DNA of 64,000 bases. Origin: Patescibacteria group bacterium. GTDB taxonomy: Bacteria > Patescibacteriota > Patescibacteriia > UBA9934 > GWF2-40-263. This document shows, in pieces, positions 1 through 9,327 of the stretch. How positions within the stretch are numbered: the stretch's first letter is position 1; each line of letters begins with the position of its first letter. Made by a program: the position numbers and the translations under genes. The DNA lies in the NCBI GenBank assembly GCA_041661745.1, contig JBAZTR010000003.1:11965-75964 (forward strand), in the 5' to 3' direction. The notes under the pieces were generated by a model. That model worked only from the letters and a program-made list of their open reading frames with translations, made no database searches and was not told where the DNA came from.

Positions 1-3000
1 CACAGTCACTGTCTTCGTTACAAGCAACGTCAGCTCCGGCAACTTTTTCAGAACAAAAACCCGAACCATAACAGAAATCAGTTGTCCCGGATCTAAACCA
101 ACCGTCGTAAGTGCCACTACCAATAGTCACGCCGCTCTTATATTCACAATCTTGCTCGCCAGGATCTTTAAAGTAGTAATTTCCGTCTTTGGTCGAAGCC
201 CATTCGGCACAGAACAATTCATCGTTCGAACACTGAATCGCCCCATAATTATCAGGCTGGTTTAAGACGTAGGTTGAAGTGAAACTTTCCACAACCGTGC
301 GATCCTGACTGAAAGTCGGTTTCCCGACCTCGATACAGCCCATATTATCGGCTTCGCAGGTAAAGCTCTGGTCAACCACAGCATACTTAACTTCATCGGC
401 CGGCACATAAACCGCTTCCGGGCCAAGTTTGATATTGTTTGGCAAAGGCACCGGCAAATTACCGTCGTAATCAAACTGACAATTGGTGTATCCGGCGACA
501 ATTGTACAAACTTCTTCGTCAGCCTCGTCAGCACCGTCCATGTTTTGATCAAAATGACAAACCGTGGCCGAAACCGCCGCGGCCCCGCTGTCGGTATAAC
601 AACTTAAATTATAATATTCAGTATAAGGCGAAGCGGAATTTTGCGTGTCATAAATTGCTTCACAACCAACCACTTCTTCCGAACACAAATCAGAGAATTG
701 ATAGAGGTACAAGGTTTGATCGTTTTGGTCGGTATATTCCTCGCAACCCAAATAATATTGATCCGACGGCGCGCCATCTGGCGTTTCGTCGCAGGTCGAC
801 GGGGTTACCCAGGAATCCTTAATAAGCGTTAAGTTTTCTTCGGTTTGTTCAAGCTGGACATTATCAATATAGAAAATCTGATCTTCATCAGAAGCAAAAA
901 AGGTTAGAACGGCGTTTTCATCAAAGCTAGAATAATCACTGCCCGAGGTATCAAGCGGCCCCAGTTCAAACAACTGCCAACCAGTGGTTAATTCCACGGC
1001 GTCATCAAAATTATGAACATCCCCTGCCCCACCGCCTTCGACTAAACTGGCGGTTAAACTGCCAGTACCCTTGGCCCAAAAACTGACAACAAAAGTTTTT
1101 CCAGCTGTTAATTCATCAACCAAAACGCCACAGTAGGTTTCACTATAATCAACAGTACACACGCCGTCAGTTGATTCGCAACCGGCTTCATCAGTGCAAG
1201 TCGAGCCAGTGGCACTGACATCATGAAGAACCTGAAAGGCATCGCTGCTGGAGCCGGCAACAACTCGCAAGGAGTGACCGTCAACGGCAACTGATTCATT
1301 GCTAACAGAAAGGGCTGGCGAACCATCAAAAATTTCCCAATTGTCGTAGCTCCCTTCCTCGAAGTAGTCATTAAAAATAACCGAGGAATTGCGACTGGAC
1401 CCGCCGGTGTATTCGCGACAACCGGCCGCGGCCGCGGAACAAGCTGTGCTTTCGTTTGGTTCAACAAAATATCGACATTCACCGGAAGCTGTAAAGTAAC
1501 CGCCCGAAGCGTCACAGTCGGTTTCGTTAGCATCGGTTTTGCGATAAGCTGTGCAGTCATCGGAAATACTGACAGTCTCTGAATATAAGCGATAGTGAAT
1601 ATCGCCGCTTTCATCGTAGAATTCGCGGCAGTCCGGCTCGGTCAAAATATCGGCGTGTTCGTTACATTCATTAAGGGCGGCCAAAGTCGCGGAATTGTCT
1701 TGGCATTCCAAAGTGCTTTCCGAAGTAACTTCCCAATTGGTACAAGGGGCATCACCGGCCGCGGTGTCATCAACCCCGGAGGTTTCCGAATAATTTATTG
1801 TGGCCGAAGAAGAAAGGTTGGATTTTAACAATTGATACGAAACCAGTTGGTAACCGGTTTGGTCTGATCCCTCCCAAGTAAAGTAAACAGCCTCGGCTTC
1901 GTCATCAGCCATTTCCGAAGTAACGCAGGCACGCAGATAGGAATAAACCTCAACTTGCTCGGTTTCTAAATTAGTAAATTCGTCACAGCCGACTTCGGAA
2001 GAACCGCAAGCCTCGGCCGTATCGGCAATAAAATAAAGCGGAAATTCGCCGGTATCGTAAGCCGTGTCTTCCTGAGCGTAAGTGGTGTAACCAACGCATT
2101 CCGCCGGACACTCATCGCCATCGGCCAAAATCGCGGGCACAGCCGGATCGCCGTCAACCGGTGTATAAAGTGAGCAACCGGCATCAGTGGCCGAACAAGA
2201 CGCGGCGTAATCTCGACAAGCGGCGGAATCGTTTTCATCGCCCGAACAACCAAGCCAATCGGGTGCCAACTGTAAATATTTTGCCGTTTCCGTACCACTA
2301 TTGTAGCCTTCGTGGAAACTTGACGGGCTGGTCTTGGCCTCCAGCTGAATAGCGTCAACATACAAACCACCACTGGTCGGCTCAATGGACAAACCAGCAA
2401 TAATAAACAACCGTTCGTCATCCAAAATTGGTGTGGTAAAAGTACAATCAAAGCTTTCCATTTCTTCGTTGTCAGCATTGGAAAGACTTAAAGTAACCGA
2501 ATCAGTGGCAATAGTGCAATCAGAGCTATAGCCGGCCAAATCCACAGCCGAATTGTCCGAAGCCACCAAATCTAAAGTAATAACACCGTCATCAGCGGCC
2601 GTGTCACCTTTGGCAAAAACGGAAATGGTGTAGAAAGTTCCCTGCTGAAGGGGAATGCCGCTTTGCGTTAACAAATCACTGGTCGAATCCAATAAATGAT
2701 AAGAATCGGTTCCGGAATAACTGTTGGAACCTTCTTCGTCATAATCAGACGAAGCCGAAAGTCTTGCTTCCCAGTAATCGGCCACGCCATTATCGTCTTC
2801 GTCATCCTCAAAACCGGGATTGCGAATAACGTTCAACGATACTTCGTCGCCAACCGGATACACTTCAGAACAACCAACCGAGGCCGCGGAACAAGATTGA
2901 ACATCGGCATTAAAATAAATTCTGTCTTCGTAAGAATAAGTATCGTAAGAGTAATCGGCCGTGCCATCATTGCTTGTGTCGTAAGAATAGGTCACCCGCG

Positions 3001-5011
3001 GGGTTGAGACCCCGGCCGAAAAAGCCAAAACATCGTTAGCGCGACCGTCGGCAACATAAACTTCGTCCCCCGGTAACCATTCGTAGCTGTCATCACTTGC
3101 ATCAGCGGTTCCGGCGTCGTCAAAATACTTATTGGTGCGATACCACATGCAACCGGCACTACTCGCCGAGCACAATCCTTGATCCAAAGTATTAAACAAC
3201 CAGGTGCCCGCGGCCGAGGTATCAGCATTGGTAAAACTTAAACAGCCGGCATATTCCGCAGGACAGGAATCGCCATTAAAATTCCAAGTGTTCATTTCCC
3301 GGGTGCAATAGCCGTAGCCTTCGCAACTGCCATCAGCGCCTTGGGACAAACAGCTGGGCGAGTCCACGCAAGCGCCAGAACGACCGGAAATCATGGTGGT
3401 TAAAGTTTGCTCGCCAATCATGGAGGCTAAACACTGTTGACTGGGGTATTTTAAAACCCAATTTGGATCAATTAAGTGGCACCATGGATGCTCGGCATCG
3501 GCTTTATCATCGCTATTACAATAATTAAAACCATCAACTACTTCTTGCAAAGTAATCGGACTACCCCCGGAATTTTGTTCAGAGGCTGCAGCTAATTCCC
3601 AACCAATGGGAATAATGCGGGCTTTACGCATTTTTACCAAGTTCCCGTAACAGTAGCCATAGGTGTAACAAAGTGGATCTTGGTTATGTCTTAAATCATC
3701 CGATCGGTAAAGCGGCCACTCGCCATGCAAAAGACCATCATTAATAGCCTGAGAGACGGTCATGGTTTCGGTAACCGTGGTTCGAGAAACAGCTTGAAGA
3801 AAGTTAGCATCCATGACGCAGTTGTTGATTTGGCGGGTCATGGTGGAAGAGGCCGGGCAAGTAACAAATTCGGTTAAAACACTATAACTATCCAAGCTGA
3901 GCTTGGTGGTGGAAACCAGGCCGGAATAAAATTCTTCGGCCGCGCCGCGATCCCAAGAGGTTGAGCCGCCAATTCCTTCACTTAAATCTATTTCTTCATA
4001 AGTAATTCCCTTAAGAATACCGGTTTGAATTTCATCAAACCATGTCGACAATAAAGTATTGGTGAAAATCGAAAGAGCACTCATGCCAACCTTGGACCAA
4101 ATCGACGAATCAGACATGATATCGTAAAGGGCGCTTGTTTTGGTGTCATCAGCTTGGGAAAATTTACTATTAACTGTTGATTCAACCAAAGTGGCCGGCG
4201 TCTTAACTTTGCCGGTTACCACATCAACAACATCTTTAATTCCATTTTTAGCCAAGTACTCTTCAAATAAAACCCCTTTTGTTTCGGCCACTTCTCCCTG
4301 CACCGTCATATTAACTCCCACCACATAAGACAAGGTGCTCTGCCCCGGTTCCAAACTTTCGGCAAATTTTTCCAACATGTATTTGGAAGGATCTTCGGCT
4401 GTCTCTACCGCACTCTGATAAAAACTCGACCAATTGGTGGAAATCTGTTGCCAATCGCATTTGGGCTTGGGCGGATCGTACATCCCGACAATACCGAGCT
4501 GTAAACTTAAACGAAGCATTGGGTCTGGTGGCGCACAAAGGTTGAACTCAACATCGTAATAATCACTAATTTCCTCGCTTAAACTGCCGATGGCGTTGGC
4601 CGCGACATCAAGACCAAAAGTATTCCAAGCCTCTTTGCCGGTAAAAATTTCCACTAAGGGCGTCTGGCCATCGGCACCGGTCGCGAGCCACACCGCTGTA
4701 TTATAAGCCATGGTATCAACCAAATAACTGATGGCATCAAAAGACAAAGTGGCAATAATTGCCTGAATTACTGGACTAATGACGTTGTTATGAACATCGT
4801 CAACAGTTTTTGACACGGCTTCCGCAGGTTGTGAAACAAGCGGATTAGGCACGCCACTAGCCGAGGTAGCGGCTGATTTTATGATTTGTTCGGGAATTGA
4901 CAGCGGCACTGTTTTATCATTTGAAGCGGCCGAGGCAAAAAGTGGCGTTGATAAAAAAACTGAGACTGTTACCAACCCCAACAGAGACATTAATATTTTT
5001 TTGCGCAACAT
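1..5011 (-). CDS. Giant Cys/Asp/Glu-rich secreted protein. Partial: ATG at 5011 (minus) and open to the window edge, more than 1660 aa inside the window.
   Basis: The minus frame with first codon base at positions congruent to 1 mod 3 is not interrupted by any ORF-track ORF across 5 kb. Start MLRKKILMSLLGLVTVSVFLSTPLFASA is a signal peptide. Many Cys pairs and acidic residues; the first 60 nt spot-checked stop-free. Absent from the ORF track because it has no stop inside the window. Confidence 0.7.
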   Translation of the reverse strand, partial: MLRKKILMSLLGLVTVSVFLSTPLFASAASNDKTVPLSIPEQIIKSAATSASGVPNPLVSQPAEAVSKTVDDVHNNVISPVIQAIIATLSFDAISYLVDTMAYNTAVWLATGADGQTPLVEIFTGKEAWNTFGLDVAANAIGSLSEEISDYYDVEFNLCAPPDPMLRLSLQLGIVGMYDPPKPKCDWQQISTNWSSFYQSAVETAEDPSKYMLEKFAESLEPGQSTLSYVVGVNMTVQGEVAETKGVLFEEYLAKNGIKDVVDVVTGKVKTPATLVESTVNSKFSQADDTKTSALYDIMSDSSIWSKVGMSALSIFTNTLLSTWFDEIQTGILKGITYEEIDLSEGIGGSTSWDRGAAEEFYSGLVSTTKLSLDSYSVLTEFVTCPASSTMTRQINNCVMDANFLQAVSRTTVTETMTVSQAINDGLLHGEWPLYRSDDLRHNQDPLCYTYGYCYGNLVKMRKARIIPIGWELAAASEQNSGGSPITLQEVVDGFNYCNSDDKADAEHPWCHLIDPNWVLKYPSQQCLASMIGEQTLTTMISGRSGACVDSPSCLSQGADGSCEGYGYCTREMNTWNFNGDSCPAEYAGCLSFTNADTSAAGTWLFNTLDQGLCSASSAGCMWYRTNKYFDDAGTADASDDSYEWLPGDEVYVADGRANDVLAFSAGVSTPRVTYSYDTSNDGTADYSYDTYSYEDRIYFNADVQSCSAASVGCSEVYPVGDEVSLNVIRNPGFEDDEDDNGVADYWEARLSASSDYDEEGSNSYSGTDSYHLLDSTSDLLTQSGIPLQQGTFYTISVFAKGDTAADDGVITLDLVASDNSAVDLAGYSSDCTIATDSVTLSLSNADNEEMESFDCTFTTPILDDERLFIIAGLSIEPTSGGLYVDAIQLEAKTSPSSFHEGYNSGTETAKYLQLAPDWLGCSGDENDSAACRDYAASCSATDAGCSLYTPVDGDPAVPAILADGDECPAECVGYTTYAQEDTAYDTGEFPLYFIADTAEACGSSEVGCDEFTNLETEQVEVYSYLRACVTSEMADDEAEAVYFTWEGSDQTGYQLVSYQLLKSNLSSSATINYSETSGVDDTAAGDAPCTNWEVTSESTLECQDNSATLAALNECNEHADILTEPDCREFYDESGDIHYRLYSETVSISDDCTAYRKTDANETDCDASGGYFTASGECRYFVEPNESTACSAAAAGCREYTGGSSRNSSVIFNDYFEEGSYDNWEIFDGSPALSVSNESVAVDGHSLRVVAGSSSDAFQVLHDVSATGSTCTDEAGCESTDGVCTVDYSETYCGVLVDELTAGKTFVVSFWAKGTGSLTASLVEGGGAGDVHNFDDAVELTTGWQLFELGPLDTSGSDYSSFDENAVLTFFASDEDQIFYIDNVQLEQTEENLTLIKDSWVTPSTCDETPDGAPSDQYYLGCEEYTDQNDQTLYLYQFSDLCSEEVVGCEAIYDTQNSASPYTEYYNLSCYTDSGAAAVSATVCHFDQNMDGADEADEEVCTIVAGYTNCQFDYDGNLPVPLPNNIKLGPEAVYVPADEVKYAVVDQSFTCEADNMGCIEVGKPTFSQDRTVVESFTSTYVLNQPDNYGAIQCSNDELFCAEWASTKDGNYYFKDPGEQDCEYKSGVTIGSGTYDGWFRSGTTDFCYGSGFCSEKVAGADVACNEDSDC

Positions 5012-5015
5012 AAAA

Positions 5016-5735
5016 TTATTCTTCGACGGTTCCGGTCGAAGTGGCGGTTTCGTCTGGACTGATCAACGAGTCCAGTTCCCCGGAAGTTTCGGCTTGTGCC
5101 AAAGCTGTTTGCAACAAAGCCATAACTTCCTCGTCACTCATTTTATCGACAGTGTCTTTAGGCACCCCTTGAGTTATTAAAATAGAACGAACTTGATCAG
5201 CCCCCATGTTTGAAAAATAATCGGTAATTTCATCGGTCGATTCAAAAGTTAAACTGGAACCAGTACCGTTCCCCATTCCCAAAAGCTGAGACAACAAGTC
5301 ACTGCCTTCGGAGTCGCTTGTTTCTTCGGCCGAAACCAGAGTCGAGGCGCTACAATCCTTCCCTTCCGGACAGTTGGGATTATTATTGGAAAAAATTTCC
5401 GTATTGTCATCAAAACCATCGGAATCAGAATCAGCCAAATACGGACTGGTTTTATAAATATACAGCTCGTCGTAGTCCATGAGGCCGTCGGAATCGGAAT
5501 CAGTGGTTTTTTGCAATTCAACCGCGGCCGCTTCCTGTTCGGAAAGTGTTAAAAATTTCTCGCCCTGATAATTAGCCAACTGAACTTCGAACGGCCGACT
5601 AAGACTGGCAGAAAAAGATTTAAAACCAAAAGTTACGCCCAAAATTCCAATTATCGCCAACAAAACAAAAACTGCCTTTTCTTCTTTTGAAAGGTTCTTT
5701 TTTATTCTATTTCCAATCTCCCTTTGATCAGCCAT
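5016..5735 (-). CDS. Membrane-anchored protein with thrombospondin-type-3-like DSDSDG calcium-binding repeats
   Basis: 239 aa. One N-terminal TM helix (VFVLLAIIGILGVTFGF), then two DSDSDGxxDxxE motifs. The stop is 4 nt before the ATG of the giant downstream gene. Confidence 0.55.
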   Translation of the reverse strand: MADQREIGNRIKKNLSKEEKAVFVLLAIIGILGVTFGFKSFSASLSRPFEVQLANYQGEKFLTLSEQEAAAVELQKTTDSDSDGLMDYDELYIYKTSPYLADSDSDGFDDNTEIFSNNNPNCPEGKDCSASTLVSAEETSDSEGSDLLSQLLGMGNGTGSSLTFESTDEITDYFSNMGADQVRSILITQGVPKDTVDKMSDEEVMALLQTALAQAETSGELDSLISPDETATSTGTVEE

Positions 5736-5808
5736 AGACTGAGAGTATTATAACACATTTTATTAACGATTGGGGGAGAAAAAACTGTCAAAAGAGCCAG
5801 GGTGTGGA

Positions 5809-6612
5809 TTATTTTTTAAACAATAACGAAAACAACTTTAACCAATCGTTCGGGGTCAAATTTTCCGCTCTGGATTTTTCGTCCAAAGCGATTTTTTTAA
5901 GAGTTTCTTTGGCTTTTTCTGAGGAACAGACTTTGGTCTTAGCTAAATTGCCATGCAATTGTTTTCGACGAGAGGAAAAGCCAGCTTTCACAATTTTTAA
6001 AACCTCTTCCGGATCAATACCACCCAACCGTTCGGTTCTTAGGTCTAATCGAACCACAGTGGAATCAACTTTCGGCGGTGGATTAAAGGCGCCGCGCTTA
6101 ACTTGCATCATTTTTTTGCCTTCAGCATACAGCTGACAAGCAATGGAAAGAACACTGGTCTTGGGCGGAACCGCCAACAAACGATCGGCGACTTCGCGCT
6201 GAACCATTAAGGTTAAACGCTTTGGCCGCGGTTTGACAGTAAATAACTTTTCCAAAATCGGCGAAGTAATGTTGTATGGAATGTTGGCAACAACAGAATA
6301 ATCTTTATTAATAACACGACGGAGTTCTTTCCAAACTTCGTCAGACAAAATATCACCGTAAACTAACCTCACCCCGTCCCTCTCCTTCGTAAGGAGAGGG
6401 AGAATTCGTTGCAATGGTTCAATTAGATCTTTGTCGGCTTCCACGGCCACAACCTTGGCCCCGGCCTCAAGCAAGGCCGTTGTCAAACTTCCCCGCCCCG
6501 GGCCTATTTCTAATATCAAATCGCCGGCCTTAACGCCGGCCGCTTCAACAATTTTACGGACAATATTTTTGTCCGTAAGAAAATTCTGCCCAAAAGATTT
6601 TTTGGCTCTCAT
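5809..6612 (-). CDS. rsmA: 16S rRNA (adenine1518/1519-N6)-dimethyltransferase RsmA/KsgA
   Basis: SFGQNFL and LEIGPGRGSLT motifs; NIPYNITSPIL. Contains an in-frame GC-rich palindrome (see repeat 6367-6401). Confidence 0.9.
   Translation of the reverse strand: MRAKKSFGQNFLTDKNIVRKIVEAAGVKAGDLILEIGPGRGSLTTALLEAGAKVVAVEADKDLIEPLQRILPLLTKERDGVRLVYGDILSDEVWKELRRVINKDYSVVANIPYNITSPILEKLFTVKPRPKRLTLMVQREVADRLLAVPPKTSVLSIACQLYAEGKKMMQVKRGAFNPPPKVDSTVVRLDLRTERLGGIDPEEVLKIVKAGFSSRRKQLHGNLAKTKVCSSEKAKETLKKIALDEKSRAENLTPNDWLKLFSLLFKK
6367..6401. repeat. GC-rich palindromic mini-element inside ksgA: CCTCACCCC GT CCCTCTCCTT cgt AAGGAGAGGG (10-bp stem, 3-nt loop)
   Basis: Perfect inverted repeat 6378-6387 / 6391-6400. 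Near-identical copy in opposite orientation in valS (24849-24883). Translates in-frame as ILPLLTKERDGVR. Confidence 0.75.
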
Positions 6613-7190
6613 ATTTTTATTGAACCCTCGCGCAAAACAATAATCTTGCCATCCTTTTCGGTAATTATTGTCGAGGGGCGACGGTGTGGTAAACGACCAG
6701 CATCCAAATAATCATCAGGGCGATCACCTAATTGTTTTTTTACCGCTCGCGCCGAGTAACAAGTTGGCCGCCCGGACAAATTGGCCGAGGTGGAAACAAT
6801 CGGCCGACCCAAACGTCGCGACAAAGTACGAGCGATCGTGTGCGATGAAGCACGAACAGCAATTGTCCCCTTCTGAACCACACCAGATGGTAGTTTTACA
6901 CCATGGCGAAGTGACACAACGACCGTTAAAGCCCCCGGCCAATATTTTTTTACCAATTTTTTAATGGCCGGCGAAAAAACCGCATATTTTTCGGCCATTT
7001 TTAAATCAACGACAATCAAGGGAAAAGATTTTTCTTTTGTTCGCCCCTTAATAACAAAAACCTTGGCAACCGCCTTGGCATTAGTTGCATCAGCCGCCAA
7101 ACCATAAGCGGTTTCCGTTGGGAAAACCACAACCCCACCAGCTTTTATGGTGGCCACGGCTTTGTTTATTATTTTATCTGATAAAGACAC
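6609..7190 (-). CDS. tsaC: L-threonylcarbamoyladenylate synthase TsaC/YrdC
   Basis: TETAYGLAADA and STSANLSG motifs of the YrdC/Sua5 family. 4-nt overlap with ksgA. Confidence 0.85.
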   Translation of the reverse strand: MSLSDKIINKAVATIKAGGVVVFPTETAYGLAADATNAKAVAKVFVIKGRTKEKSFPLIVVDLKMAEKYAVFSPAIKKLVKKYWPGALTVVVSLRHGVKLPSGVVQKGTIAVRASSHTIARTLSRRLGRPIVSTSANLSGRPTCYSARAVKKQLGDRPDDYLDAGRLPHRRPSTIITEKDGKIIVLREGSIKI

Positions 7191-7192
7191 AA

Positions 7193-8131
7193 TTAACGTC
7201 CTTTTTGTTTAAACCACTCGACGGTTTTTTGTAGCCCGTCGTCAATTCTAACCTGTGGCCGCCAAGCCAGTTCCTTGGCGGCTTTACGACTATCCAAAGC
7301 CGAACGGAAAACTTCGCCCGGGCCCGGTGGACCATGACGCTCTGGTAAGTCAGAATTGGTAATTTTTTTAAGTTTTCTAAAAATTTGATTAATATTAACT
7401 TCTTTCCCGGTTCCCAAATTAAAAATTCCATGAACGTTTTTTGTTAAAGCTAACATGTTGGCGCGAACAATGTCTTCAACAAAAACAAAATCTCGCGATT
7501 GTGTTCCGGCTCCGTTAATGGTTATCGGCCGACCAGCCAACATTCGTTCGGTAAAAATAGCCACCACCCCGGCTTCCCCATCCGAACGCTGACGCGGGCC
7601 GTAAACATTGGCATAGCGCAAAACCACGCAGTGAAGGCCGCGGACCGCGTGTTCAAAATTTAAATACATTTCCGTGGCCCGTTTAGAAATGGCATAAGGT
7701 GAAAGTGGTTGTTCCACGGTTTTTTCGGAATAGGGCGGACGAATGGAATCCGAATACATAGCTCCGCCGGAGGAAGAAAAAATAATCTTTTTAACCCCGT
7801 ATTTTACGGCCGCTTCGGCCAAAGCCAAAGAACCCAAAAGATTAATTTTGGCATCGTTAAGTGGATCTTTAACCGAATGACGAACATCAATTTGCGCCGC
7901 CAAATGAAAAATCACGTCGGGTTTAATTTTTTCGATCAACTTCGGCAAGAGTGGACTAGTTATGTCCATCTTAAAAAACTGGGCATTGGGATTAACATTT
8001 TTCTGACTGCCAGTCGACAAGTCATCAACAACAAAAGTCTTAATTCGTCGTTGAATTAAAGCATCAACAATGTGCGAACCAATGAAACCGGCCCCACCGG
8101 TTACCAAAGCTCTTTGAATTTTTTTTGCCAT
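7193..8131 (-). CDS. NAD-dependent epimerase/dehydratase (UDP-glucose 4-epimerase-like)
   Basis: N-terminal GGAGFIGSH Rossmann motif; YANVYGPRQ catalytic-region motif. Confidence 0.8.
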   Translation of the reverse strand: MAKKIQRALVTGGAGFIGSHIVDALIQRRIKTFVVDDLSTGSQKNVNPNAQFFKMDITSPLLPKLIEKIKPDVIFHLAAQIDVRHSVKDPLNDAKINLLGSLALAEAAVKYGVKKIIFSSSGGAMYSDSIRPPYSEKTVEQPLSPYAISKRATEMYLNFEHAVRGLHCVVLRYANVYGPRQRSDGEAGVVAIFTERMLAGRPITINGAGTQSRDFVFVEDIVRANMLALTKNVHGIFNLGTGKEVNINQIFRKLKKITNSDLPERHGPPGPGEVFRSALDSRKAAKELAWRPQVRIDDGLQKTVEWFKQKGR

Positions 8132-8164
8132 ATTTCTTGTGTATGGACAACCCTGGAGTTGTCC

Positions 8165-9284
8165 TTATGTGTCTTTATTTTCTTTGGCCCAACGATCGGA
8201 ATCGCCCAAAAGCTTTCTTAAATAAGCTTCAATGAATTGATCAATTTCGCCATTCAAAATTCCTTGCGTATCGGCTGTTTCAAAATCAGTCCGATGATCT
8301 TTAACCAACTGATACGGCTGAAGAACATAACTTCTGATTTGATTGCCCCATTCGGCACTCTTGAATTCCCCGCGCAGTTTCTTTTTCTCGGCCGCCAATT
8401 CCTGTTCTTGTTTATGAAAAAGTTTGGAAGCCAAAATCTTCATGGCCGTTTCCTTATTCTGTTGTTGACTGCGTTCGTTTTGGCATTGCACGGTAATGTT
8501 GGTGGGAATATGAACAATGCGCACGGCCGAATAAGTGGTGTTAACCGACTGACCACCCTTCCCGCCCGACATAAAAGTATCAATGCGCAAATCTTTAGGA
8601 TCAATGGCAACCGCGGAAATTTCTTCGAGTTCGGGAATCACCTCAATTAAAGCAAAGGAGGTGTGACGCATTTTTTCCGCGTCAAAAGGCGAGATACGCA
8701 CCAAACGATGGACACCGGCTTCGGATTTCAAATAACCAAAAGCGTAACGGCCGGCCACGCGAAAAGTCACGGATTTAAAACCAGCTTCCTCACCGCGCGA
8801 TTCCCACAAAACATCAACGGAAAAATTTTTCTTTTCGGCAAAACGTGTCAACATCCTAAACAGCATCTCGGCCCAATCCATTGCCTCGGTTCCCCCGGCT
8901 CCGGCGTGAATGGAAACAATGGCGTTGCTGGTATCGTGCTCACTGCAAAATAAAACAGTAAACTCCAACGCGGAAAATTTCTTTTCAATATCGATCAACT
9001 TATTCTGAATTTCATCACGCAAATTTTCGTCACCTAATTCAACCAAATCTTTGAGCTCGACTAATTCTTTTTTTATTCCCTCCCAAACTTCAAGTTCAGT
9101 CCGCAAATCAGCCGCCTTTTTGGAAACCTGTTTAGCCTTATCCTGATTAGACCAAAAATCCGAAGAGGCCATTTCGGCCTCTAGTGCTTTGACCTCAATT
9201 TTTACCCGATCAAGGTCAAAGTAACCCCCAAGTCGCGACCACGCGTGCCTGGAGGCTCTCAATTTTATTTAATAAATCTTTCAT
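8165..9284 (-). CDS. prfB: Peptide chain release factor 2 with programmed +1 ribosomal frameshift
   Basis: GGQ motif (SGGKGGQSVNTT). True ATG at 9284 gives MKDLLNKIESLQARVVATWGLL, then in-frame TGA within CTT TGA C (9215-9221) preceded by an internal GGGGG SD mimic. The +1 frame continues DLDRVKIEVKALEAEM. The ORF-track TTG start at 9262 is an artefact of the shift. Confidence 0.85.
9215..9230 (-). promoter_or_regulatory. RF2 autoregulatory +1 frameshift site (TGG GGG TTA CTT TGA C)
   Basis: Same architecture as the E. coli prfB site AGG GGG TAT CTT TGA C. Confidence 0.8.
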
Positions 9285-9287
9285 AAG

Positions 9288-9327
9288 GGCTGGAGAAGCT
9301 TGAGAGGCCGGAAAGGCTAGAAAGGCC
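9288..9327. repeat. Tandem about 9-bp repeat array (GAGAAGCTT GAGAGGCC GGAAAGGCT AGAAAGGCC), left arm of the inverted pair around the IVS-protein gene
   Basis: Purine-rich units on the plus strand. The mirror array is at 9704-9746. Confidence 0.7.

Noticed and set aside
5804-6643. Plus-strand ORFs 5804-6136, 6431-6643, 6668-6964 and similar antisense ORFs within valS, ileS and groEL
   Set aside because: They lie entirely antisense to strongly supported conserved genes and have no SD or family resemblance. Treated as chance ORFs.
8132-8164. Hairpin GGACAAC cctggag TTGTCC between prfB and the epimerase gene as a terminator
   Set aside because: No U-run follows on the coding (minus) strand. 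More likely an intra-operon stem-loop, so not listed as a feature.
9262-9262. ORF-track start (TTG) for prfB giving MRASRHAWSRLGGYF..
   Set aside because: The upstream ATG at 9284 followed by the canonical CTT TGA C shifty site shows the true N-terminus is MKDLLNKIESLQ.. with a +1 frameshift. The TTG ORF is the post-shift frame read backwards to the first alternative start.
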